From Octopus bimaculoides (lineage: Eukaryota), in contig NC_069007.1 in NCBI RefSeq assembly GCF_001194135.2, forward strand, positions 22,436,599 to 22,500,598: a stretch of DNA of 64,000 nt, in the 5' to 3' direction. Each line of letters opens with the position of its first letter. Within the stretch, counting starts at the first letter, position 1. Of the stretch, positions 34,801 through 42,892 are shown in pieces. Made by a program: the position numbers and the translations under genes. Under the pieces are notes generated by a model. It was given only the letters and a program-made list of their open reading frames with translations, was not told where the DNA came from and ran no database searches.

Positions 34801-37711
34801 TCACTCATCACTCTCTCTATTTTCCTCACTTTCTCACTCATCACTCTCTATTTTCCTCACTCTTTCTCACNNNNNNNNNNTATTTTCCTCACTCTTTCTC
34901 ACTCAACTTTCTTTCTCACTCATCACTCTTTCTCTATTTTCCTCACTCTTTCTCACTCATCACTCTCTCTATTTTCCTCACTCTTTCTCACTCATCACTC
35001 TATTTTCCTCACTCTTTCTCACTCATCACTCTCTCTATTTTCCTCACTCATCACTCTTTCTATATTTTCCTCACTCTTTCTCACTCATCACTCTTTCTCT
35101 ATTTTCCTCACTCTTTCTCACTCATCACTCTTTCTCACTCATCACTCTTTCTCACTCATCACTCTTTCTCACTCATCACTCTTATTCACTCATCACTCTC
35201 TATTTTCCTCACTCTTTCTCTATTTTCCTTACTCTTTCTCACTCATCACTATTTTCGTCACTCTTTCTCACTCATCACTCTCTCTATTTTCCTCACTCCT
35301 CACTCATTACTGTTTCTATATTTTCCTCACTCTTTCTCACTCATCACTCTTTCTCTATTTTCCTCTTTCTCAATCATCACTGTTTCTCTATTTTTCTCAC
35401 TCATCACTCATCTTCTATTTTCCTCACTCTTTCTCACTCATCACTCTTTCTCACTCATCACTCCTCTATTTTTCTCACTCATCACTCTCTATTTTCCTCA
35501 CTCTTTCTCACTCATCACTCTTTCTCTATTTTCCTCACTCTTTCTCACTCATCACTCTTTCTCACTCATCACTCACTATTTTCCTCACTCTCTCACTCCT
35601 CACTCGTCCTTTCTCCTGTCTCTCTACTTCATTCCCTCTCTCCCTTTCTGCACAAGACATTGACTCTTTCTCTTTCATTCCCTCCCACCACAATAACTCT
35701 TCTCACTTCTCACACTACACACACACACACACACGTAGCCCAACCGTTCATTCTGTTTCTTATATCAATTGCAGTATCTCCATAAATTCGACCTAGCACC
35801 TATATTCAGTGAAAAGGAGTTCAGACACTGGTTTCTGCCACGTCCTGGAATAGTAGACAGCTATGTCGTTGAGGTGAGTTAAGTTTAACACTTTAACATT
35901 TTAACCAGCAGCTGTATCCAACCCAAATATTCTATGTGTTTTATGTTCAGATCTGACCTCTCACACCTACCCTACAGTGTCATTCTAAAAATCAATCACA
36001 TTATTGAAATCTTGAAGCTACTGGATAATGCATGATTAATTCAAAACAATGTGGATAAATAAGCATTACATTTGACAGAGTAATCTGAATGCTAAAGGGT
36101 TAAACTGGCCAGATTTAGCCTCTTACACCTACCCTACAATGTCATTCTAAATATAAACAATCACAAATAATTACAGAGGTATCAAGTTGTTGGATCAGGT
36201 AATGAAAGTCACGGAGAGGGTCATAGCCCAACTAATTAGGGAGAGAGTCAGTTTAGATGCAATGCAGTTTTGGTTCGTGCCAGGGAAAAGCACCACTGAT
36301 GCTATATTTCTGGTAAGACAGCTGCAGGAGAAATACCTAGACAAAGATAAACCTCTGTACCTGGCTTTCATTGACATGGAGAAAGCCTTTGACAGGGTCC
36401 CCAGATCCCTTATCTGGTGGTCAATGAGGAAACTAGGGACAGATGAATCGTTAGTGAGAGCTCTGCGAGATATGTACAGCCCCCTCCTATTTATCATAGT
36501 CCTCCAGGCAATAACACAGGAATTCAAGACAGGATGCCCCTGGGAGCTCCTCTATGCTGATGACCCTGCGCTAATTGCTGAGTCACTATCAGAACTAGAG
36601 AAGTTTCAGGTGTGGAAGCAAGGACTAGAATGGGAGGGCCCTAGAGTCAACCTAGCTAAAACCAAAGTCCTAATAAGTAGGAAGGTAGACAAAACACAAA
36701 CCCCTTCCGGTAGATAGGCCTGCTCGATCTGTAGAAAAGGCGTAGGTAGAAACTCTATAAGATGTACCCAGTGCAAGCTATGGACACATAAGAGGTGCAA
36801 CAATATCAAAGGAAGGNNNNNNNNNNAGTGCAAGCTATGGACACATAAGAGGTGCAACAATATCAAAGGAAGGCTAACTAGGAAGATAGTTTTTGTATGT
36901 GGCAGATGCTCAGGAGCAATAAACAGTGCAGAGACATTGAGCATGCTTTGGCAAGCTTACAACGATGAGGCAGTGAGTTGTGTGCAATGTTTTGAGTGGC
37001 ATCGAAAGCAGAAGAACATCCCTGGAAGGCAATGAGCCATCTGAAAGGCCTGTGTGAATAGAGAAAGTGGTTTTAGAGTCAAGTTTTGACTGCTATCTCT
37101 AGCATGGTGGTATCTCTTAGGTATACTTAATTATAATTCTAATAATTATTACCTATAAGGTTTTTATTCCTATGCTGGCCACTTGATATGATTGGTATTT
37201 TAAATAATGACCTTATCCTTATTTATATAAAAATGTATATATATATATATCATCATTTTAACATCCATTTCCCACATATGTATAATATATAGAATATAAA
37301 TACACTGTTAACTATCTTGTTTAACTTGTCTTCTTCCAGAATGATGGTAAAATTACTGACTTTGTCAGTTTCTACACTCTACCCTCCACCGTGATGCATC
37401 ATCCAGTCCACAAAACCCTCAAAGCAGCTTATTCCTTCTACAATGTCAGCACTCAGACGCCCTGGCTCGACCTTATGCAAGACGCCCTTGTTGTAGCGAA
37501 AAATGTAAGTATTTTGCCAAGGAGTGATGGTGTCAAATGCAATGACCCTTATCTTATGCAAATGAGAAGAAGAAAAAAGAATAAACAATTGTATGGAAAT
37601 ATGTGTATGCTCTTTACTCTTTGATATAGATCCCTCGACATTAAAAAAAAACTAGAAACAATTGTTTTCCCCTTAAATAGTACACACACACACACACACA
37701 TTTACACATAC

Positions 37712-37747
<36 letters not shown>

Positions 37748-38059
37748 CACAGTGTATATAATTTTTGTCGTTTGTTACAGATGGGATTTGATGTTTTCAA
37801 TGCTTTGGACCTGATGAACAACCGAGAATTCTTAGAGAAATTAAAGTTTGGCATTGGTGATGGCAATCTACAATATTACCTGTACAACTGGAAATGTACT
37901 CCCATGGAGGCCCATCAGGTGAGATCTGCGTCTCTGTCTGTCCAACTGTTTACATGTATTCCGACTGAAAATCATTAACCGTGGACATAATTTCACATTT
38001 TATCATTCTATCTACTTCCCTCTTAACTAGTTTCAAACATTGCTTCTCAATCTTTTTAC

Positions 38060-38094
<35 letters not shown>

Positions 38095-38402
38095 CCTCCC
38101 TCTCCCCTCCGACCTAACTCTCTCTCTCCTCCGACCTAACTCTCTCTCTCTCTCTCTCCTCCTACCTAGCTCTCTCTCTTCCTCTCTCTCCTTTCCTTTC
38201 TGTTTCCTTCCATCCCTCTCTTCTTCTCCCTCTCTCCTTTTCTGTCTCCTCTCCCTCCCTCCATCTACTCCTCCCCCTCTCCTTTTCTTATCTCCCTCTT
38301 ACCTACCTTTATCTCTTTCTCTTAATACTCTCTCTCTCTCTCTTCACATCTTAATATTTCTTCTTTTCTTGTCCTATCCAGGTTGGTTTGGTCCTCCAAT
38401 NN
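8624..38402 (+). CDS. NMT1: Glycylpeptide N-tetradecanoyltransferase (N-myristoyltransferase), 13 coding exons, 537 aa
   Basis: join(8624-8724, 20225-20480, 26912-27053, 27620-27750, 28527-28618, 29452-29568, 30612-30782, 32090-32198, 33361-33432, 35775-35873, 37340-37504, 37781-37918, 38382-38402). All introns are GT-AG with consistent phases; 1611 nt precede the stop. Signature motifs: [69 protein letters not shown]-terminal VGLVLQ. Probably a single invertebrate co-ortholog of NMT1/NMT2. Confidence 0.96.
9417..9446 (+). repeat. Interstitial telomeric repeat (CCCTAA)x5
   Basis: aaccctaaccctaaccctaaccctaaccct read directly in NMT intron 1. Confidence 0.85.
11574..11708 (+). pseudogene. Degenerate 5S rRNA copy
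   Basis: GTTTACGGTCGTATCACGTT...ACACCGGTTCTCGTCCG...CGAAGTTAAGCAACGTCGAGC...TACTT..ATGGGTG.ACCGC follows the recalled metazoan 5S sequence (box A and box C recognisable) and ends in T6; the 3' stem is diverged. Confidence 0.85.
11709..12140 (+). mobile_element. tRNA-derived SINE (gtgcaggcatggctgtgtgg family)
   Basis: Full-length copy of a family also at about 16290, 42895, 52425 and 59375 (+) and at about 390-560, 47170-47300 and 54340-54720 (-); interrupted by a 72-bp MITE. Confidence 0.8.
12042..12113. mobile_element. 72-bp mini-MITE nested in a SINE
   Basis: TIRs GGTACTACTTAAATGCAGAGATCCC / GGGACCTCTGTATTTAAGTAGTGCC; flanking direct repeat AATCTTTC. Confidence 0.75.
12740..13400 (-). mobile_element. 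Tc1/mariner-superfamily transposase remnant (frameshifted)
   Basis: Minus-strand peptides [18 protein letters not shown], a GGHHL/QQDGAPPH-like segment and SPDVTPMNFFFW resemble DDD/E catalytic-core motifs. Confidence 0.75.
13555..13730 (-). mobile_element. Penelope-like RT remnant
   Basis: Minus frame reads [31 protein letters not shown], like the recalled Penelope RT LKIT...VNFLDVT motif. Confidence 0.65.
14235..14395 (-). mobile_element. Penelope-like RT remnant
   Basis: Minus frames give KSVNFCDLT / [19 protein letters not shown] / [11 protein letters not shown], like the recalled FKPYRKPNxxxxYINxxSNHP motif. Confidence 0.55.
19620..19840 (-). mobile_element. R4/Dong-type non-LTR RT remnant
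   Basis: Minus frame [27 protein letters not shown] (NHLLFMDDLKL motif), truncated at an (ATC)n run. Confidence 0.7.
20225..20480 (+). CDS. NMT1: NMT exon 2 (polybasic [12 protein letters not shown] plus low-complexity linker)
   Basis: Acceptor gtcattacag, donor AAG|GTAGGT, 256 nt phase 2-0; the lysine-rich patch is typical of metazoan NMT N-termini. Confidence 0.88.
20605..20945 (+). mobile_element. tRNA-derived SINE
   Basis: tRNA-like head gcatggctcagtggttaaaatgtcgggcccacaatcatgagg...gagtttgattc, conserved core, (TA)n tail. Confidence 0.75.
23750..24390 (-). mobile_element. Mariner (Hsmar1-like) transposase remnant
   Basis: Minus frame [61 protein letters not shown] matches the mariner WVPHEL linker region. 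Confidence 0.85.
26290..26620 (-). mobile_element. RTE-clade LINE 3' coding remnant
   Basis: Frameshifted minus peptides ISWKD...[28 protein letters not shown]...[10 protein letters not shown] resemble the RTE post-RT domain. Confidence 0.6.
26912..27053 (+). CDS. NMT1: NMT exon 3 ([18 protein letters not shown]...[12 protein letters not shown])
   Basis: Acceptor tttgtcttcag, donor GTAAGT, 142 nt. An in-frame alternative acceptor exists after 26938. Confidence 0.93.
27620..27750 (+). CDS. NMT1: NMT exon 4 (SEKIDEN...[24 protein letters not shown])
   Basis: Acceptor aatttccag, donor GTAAGT, 131 nt phase 1-0. Confidence 0.93.
28073..28463 (-). mobile_element. 5'-truncated R4/Dong-clade non-LTR retrotransposon (restriction-like endonuclease C-terminus plus 3'UTR)
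   Basis: Uninterrupted minus frame [53 protein letters not shown]...[20 protein letters not shown]; flanked on both sides by (ATT)n, which is (TAA)n on its own strand. Confidence 0.85.
28527..28618 (+). CDS. NMT1: NMT exon 5 ([31 protein letters not shown])
   Basis: Acceptor ttctttttgtag, donor GTCAGT, 92 nt. Confidence 0.95.
29452..29568 (+). CDS. NMT1: NMT exon 6 ([17 protein letters not shown]...AHIKVYK)
   Basis: Acceptor tctttctacag, donor GTAAGT, 117 nt. Confidence 0.95.
30150..30600 (+). mobile_element. RTE-like LINE/SINE 3' end with three internal TGGCA(C/T)(A/G)TAAAAAGCACC repeats and an (ATT)n tail
   Basis: Same tail family as about 60-240, 16080-16275, 16670-16860, 48230-48530 and 50690-50900. 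Confidence 0.7.
30612..30782 (+). CDS. NMT1: NMT exon 7 ([34 protein letters not shown]...PKPIACSR)
   Basis: Acceptor ctttgtttcag, donor GTAAGC, 171 nt; NMT signature 1. Confidence 0.97.
31480..32070 (+). mobile_element. Three head-to-tail (ATT)n-tailed tRNA-SINEs in NMT intron 7
   Basis: Repeated units aaggt..gagctggcaga...gagttcaaattc...gttgactttgc...attattatt. Confidence 0.75.
32090..32198 (+). CDS. NMT1: NMT exon 8 ([36 protein letters not shown])
   Basis: Acceptor tttgtatag, donor GTGAGT, 109 nt. Confidence 0.96.
33361..33432 (+). CDS. NMT1: NMT exon 9 ([24 protein letters not shown])
   Basis: Acceptor tcttttgcag, donor AAG|GTTTGT, 72 nt phase 0-0; aligns to the recalled xKTxGLRxM...QLL segment. 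Confidence 0.88.
34325..35600. repeat. G-poor modular minisatellite (ctcactcatcact / ctttct / ctattttc units) in NMT intron 9
   Basis: Read directly; nearly no G on the plus strand; abuts a gap at 33846-34324, so its true length is unknown. Confidence 0.9.
35775..35873 (+). CDS. NMT1: NMT exon 10 ([33 protein letters not shown])
   Basis: Acceptor caattgcag, donor GAG|GTGAGT, 99 nt. Confidence 0.95.
36165..36945 (+). mobile_element. RTE-clade LINE reverse transcriptase remnant
   Basis: [24 protein letters not shown]...[14 protein letters not shown]...SPLLFIIVL...ELLYADD...VNLAKTKV, followed by a Cys-rich CSIC...CTQC...H..C...CGRC segment. Confidence 0.9.
36945..37070 (+). mobile_element. Mariner transposase N-terminal HTH remnant
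   Basis: [26 protein letters not shown]...[11 protein letters not shown] resembles mariner ETxxML..AYG.E......FEW.......DD.RSGRP. Confidence 0.7.
37340..37504 (+). CDS. NMT1: NMT exon 11 ([36 protein letters not shown]...DALVVAKN)
   Basis: Acceptor ttcttccag, donor GTAAGT, 165 nt. Confidence 0.96.
37781..37918 (+). CDS. NMT1: NMT exon 12 ([14 protein letters not shown]...[18 protein letters not shown]...HQ)
   Basis: Acceptor tttgttacag, donor CAG|GTGAGA, 138 nt; NMT signature 2. Confidence 0.97.
38382..38402 (+). CDS. NMT1: NMT exon 13, terminal (VGLVLQ plus stop, of which only the first T at 38400 is sequenced)
   Basis: Acceptor gtcctatccag; GTT GGT TTG GTC CTC CAA T then N-gap; NMTs end in GLVLQ/GLVL(x). 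Confidence 0.88.
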
Positions 38403-38789
38403 NNNNNNNNNNNNNNNNNNNNNNNNNNNNNNNNNNNNNNNNNNNNNNNNNNNNNNNNNNNNNNNNNNNNNNNNNNNNNNNNNNNNNNNNNNNNNNNNNN
38501 NNNNNNNNNNNNNNNNNNNNNNNNNNNNNNNNNNNNNNNNNNNNNNNNNNNNNNNNNNNNNNNNNNNNNNNNNNNNNNNNNNNNNNNNNNNNNNNNNNNN
38601 NNNNNNNNNNNNNNNNNNNNNNNNNNNNNNNNNNNNNNNNNNNNNNNNNNNNNNNNNNNNNNNNNNNNNNNNNNNNNNNNNNNNNNNNNNNNNNNNNNNN
38701 NNNNNNNNNNNNNNNNNNNNNNNNNNNNNNNNNNNNNNNNNNNNNNNNNNNNNNNNNNNNNNNNNNATTATAATTAATCAATTATTATT

Positions 38790-41700
38790 ATTATTATTAT
38801 TATCATCATGAAGGTGGTGGGTTGGCCAAATTGGTAGAGGGAACAGAATGTTTCAGTTACATCTCTTTGCATTCTGAGTTCAAATCCGACTGAAGCCAAG
38901 TTCACTTTTCTTCCTACCAAAAGTCGCTAACTTCTAAAGTAAATACTGGTGTTAAATTAATCAACTGTAACGCCCCACATCTATTCCCCCCCCACCAAAT
39001 TTCGGTTCTTTGCACCTGTTATTATAAAGATTATTACTGGTATGATTAGTTAAGGTGGAAAGCTGGCAGAATTGTTAGCACACCGGGTGAAATGCTTTGC
39101 GGTATTTTGTCCATCCTTACATTCTGAGTTCAAATTCCACCAACGCTGACTTTGCCATTGGGGTCAATATAATCAACTAGTCCCCTTCCCTCAAATTTCA
39201 GGCCCTGTGCCTTTAGTAGAAAGGATTATTATTTTTATTAGTTCAAATTCTGCCACAGTTGACCTTTCATCTTTTTGGTGGTGATGAGGTCAAGGAATTA
39301 AGTACCAGTTGTGCACTGGAATCAATGGATAATCAACTTACTCTTTCTCCCAAAACTTCAGGCTTAGTGTCTGTAGTCAAAAGGATTATTATCATAATTA
39401 TTGCAGGCCTTGTACCTATAATAGAGAGAATTATTATTATTATTATTATTAAGGTGGTGAGCTGGCAGAATCATGAGCACACCAGACAATATGTGCCTAT
39501 AGTGACATTTTGTCCATCTTTAGGTTCGGAGTTTATTCTTTTGGGGTTGATAAACTAAGTACCAGTTGAGTACTGGGGTCGATGTAATAGACTATCCCCC
39601 TCTCCCCAAATTTCAGGCCTTGTGCCTATAGTAGAAAGGATTGTTATTGTTATTATGATAATTTTTATAATGGTGATGTTTGGGCTGAAACAGTAATGCA
39701 TACGATACCAAGTGGTTTCATAGTTTTTTTCTTCTTTTTTTTCTTTTTTTTTTTTTTTTATACTTCTCTGGTCACAGTTCAATTCCTGCCAGAGTTGAAT
39801 TTCCCATTGTTGTTTATTTTTATTTATTTATTTATTCTTACAAGCAATGGAGTTGGCAGAAACTGTAGAACATTGACCAAGAATGGCTTGCGCTAATTTT
39901 TTTAGTTCTATCCATCTCTTTAGAGTCTGATTTCAGCTCATGCCAGAGGTCTGTGGAATTGGAGAAGGATGTATTGAATATGTCCATCCGTGTGTTCCCT
40001 GCCAGATCTTTCTGATCTCTGTTTGGTGGCCTAAAGTGTTAGAAACTCTTAAAGAATTCATCAAAGACATAGTTTATAAGCTAGTTGATAAGCATACATT
40101 TATTATTAATATCTGGCAGAATCGGATCATCAGCCAAAATGCCTTGTGGTATTTATTGCGACACATTAATTCCTCATTACAAATCCCACCAAGGTCCAGT
40201 CCTGGAATTGATATAATCTAACTCCTTCTTCAAATTTCTGGACCTGTGCCTATATAAGAAAGTATTATTATTATTATTATTATGAACCCTTTAGTACTTA
40301 AACCAGCCAAAATACTCTCCATGTTTTATGTTCAAACCAGCCAGATACAGCCTCTCTCACCTACCCTACAATGTCCTTCTAAAAATAAGCAAATCTCAAA
40401 GCTCCAAGATAATCCATAATCACTTCAAAACAACGTGAATAAACGGGTTTCACACTGGACCGAATAATCTGAATGGCATAGGGTTGGGGTGGCACACTGG
40501 CAGAATCGGTAGTGCATCAGGGAAATTGCTTTGCTCTATTTCTTCTGACTTCAGATTCTGCCATGGTCCACTTTGTCTTTTCATCCTTTCAAGGTTGATA
40601 GAAAATAAGTACCAGTCATGTACTGGAGTCTGTGTAACTGACTAGCCCCCCCCCCCTCTCCCAAAATCCCAACCCTTGTGCCTATTGTAGAAAAGACATC
40701 ATCATCATTATTATTATTATTATTATTGAGACAGCAAGCTGGCAGAATTGTTAGCATGCCAGGCAAAATGCTTTGCCTGTCTTCACATTCTGAGTTCAAA
40801 TTCTGCCGAGGTCAACTTTACCTTTCATCCTTTCAGGGTTGATAAAATAAAGTACTAGTTGAGCCATGGGGTTGATATAATCGGCTTAATGTTTCCCCTG
40901 AAATTGCTGGCTTTGTGTCAAAAGTTAAATCCATCATCATCATCGTTGTTATAGTTATTATTTGGGCTGTTGTTGACAAACTTGTTAAAGCAACAGACAA
41001 AATCTAGCCTTGTTTTCTGCTCTTTTTTTAATTTTTCCTAATTACGTTCAACATTCAAATGTTGACTGCCTTTTATCTTTATGAGATTGATGAACCATAA
41101 GTTATCAGTCAACTATTAATGGTAAGGACAATCTGTGGTGGCCTTTGGGCCTCTGTTAAAAATAATTACTGAGAGATTGATTTAAAAAACACAAAACAAT
41201 CAACAGTACTTGACTAAATTTACATTGGATTGGTTAGCCAAGAGCAATAAAGGCCTGATACTAGTTGCTTTAGATCTCTTATGATCTAGGTTGAAATTCA
41301 GTGGAGAGGTCATGGTGGTGGTGCTGGCATTGATTTGCCTTTCATCTCTCACTGGGAGCAATTTAATCAACTCCCTTCATTTCTTTACAAATCTATTGAC
41401 CTTGTACCTATTGCCAAGTTAGAAATTATTATTATTATTATTAAGGTGGCGAACTGGCAGAATTGTTAGCGAGCTAAGAGAAATGCAAAGTGGCATTTCG
41501 TCCTTCCATTCTGAGTTCAAATTCTGCTGAGGTTGACTTTACCTTTCATCCTTTCAGGGTTGATAAATTAAGTACCAGTGAAACACTGGGGTTGATGTAA
41601 TCAACTAGTCCCCTCCCTCCAATTTTCAGACTTTGTATCTTCAGTGGAAAGGATTATTATTATTATTATTATTATTAAGGCGTGGAGTTGGCAGAATTGT

Positions 41701-41890
41701 TAACATGCAGAGCAAAAATGCTTAGTGGCATTATGTTCTGGGCTCAAATACCGCCAGAGTTGACTTTACCTTCATCCTTCCAGGGTCAATAAAATAAGTA
41801 CCAGTTGAGTACTGGGGTTGACGTAATCAACTTATCCCTTTCCCCAAACTTTGCTGGCCTTGTGCCAAAATTTGAAACCATTATTATTTA
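38790..41890 (+). mobile_element. Head-to-tail array of at least 8 (ATT)n-tailed tRNA-SINE copies and fragments
   Basis: Units start at about 38810, 39050, 39450, 40100, 40490, 40728, 41440 and 41675, all in the same orientation and joined through ATT runs. Confidence 0.8.
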
Positions 41891-42852
41891 ATTTGGGGTG
41901 GGAGTTCATTTTAACAGAACCCCTGAAGTTTTGGGATGGGTAGGTGAATAAAAAGAAAATTAGGATGGGCAGGCAAGGGTTAATTAATTAAATTCAATTT
42001 CTTGAATGAACGAAGCAACAGTCATTTTGAGGGGAAGGGTTTCAGTGGTGTTAGTTTATAAAAGTTGGGAATAACAGCAAAAGTGGATGAAAACCACTAC
42101 CACCATCTGAAAGAATGGAATAAAAAGAAAATAATAATAATAAAATATACAGAATGAAGAAAAAGTTTTTGAAACTGTTTAGTGCTTGTGTGTTTGTGTT
42201 TTTTTTTTTTTCTTGTTCTGGTATTTTCTGTTGTTGCTATGACTACTACTAATGAATTCTTTTGCATTATTGAAGAATGTAGTGTTTGGAATTAATTGGC
42301 TTCTGGGTCTCTTGCTCCTCTTCCTCTCGGCCCTTGGTCTATTATGAATTTACATCATTGACGCCAAGATCTGGCAGTTCTGTGCAAACAATCAAACTAC
42401 TTGGTGAGTTATATTTGCTCAAGTCTCTCTTTTTCATCACTGATGATTCTTCTTGGCTATAATTAATAATATTAATAGGCATTACGCTTAATGTTTAGAG
42501 TTGTATTTCTCCTGTTTGTATAAACAATCCTCTCTGAGTGTGTGTGTGGGGTGGGGGTGGGGGCATGTGACCTAGTGATTAGGGTGTTGCACTCTGATAG
42601 CAATATTGTGGTTTCATAGTTGTGTTCTTGAGCAAATGACTTCATGTTGCCCCAGTTCACCCAGCTGTAAATGGCTAACCCTGCAAAGGACTGGCATTCC
42701 ATTCAGGGGAAAGGTTGGCCTGACCCCCTAACTGATATGATGGCATTGTTCAAAGGCTACAACACTGCAAGGAAGCAGCAAGCTTTTTGTGTCCAAAATA
42801 ACATCCAATAGTCTGGTTAATACAGTGATGCGTGTGTATGTATGTATGTATG

Positions 42853-42892
<40 letters not shown>

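Noticed and set aside
33623-35785. 720-aa Ser/Leu/Phe/His-rich ORF
   Set aside because: Translation of a G-poor minisatellite plus gap; stop codons are compositionally rare; it lies inside NMT intron 9.
36770-36873. 47-bp direct repeat within the RTE remnant
   Set aside because: The two copies flank a 10-N gap, the typical signature of unmerged overlapping contig ends.
1-38402. Functional link between NMT and its neighbour calaxin (an NCS-like protein; many NCS proteins are myristoylated)
   Set aside because: The predicted calaxin starts MKP, with no Gly2, so it is not an NMT substrate; adjacency alone is not evidence of a system.
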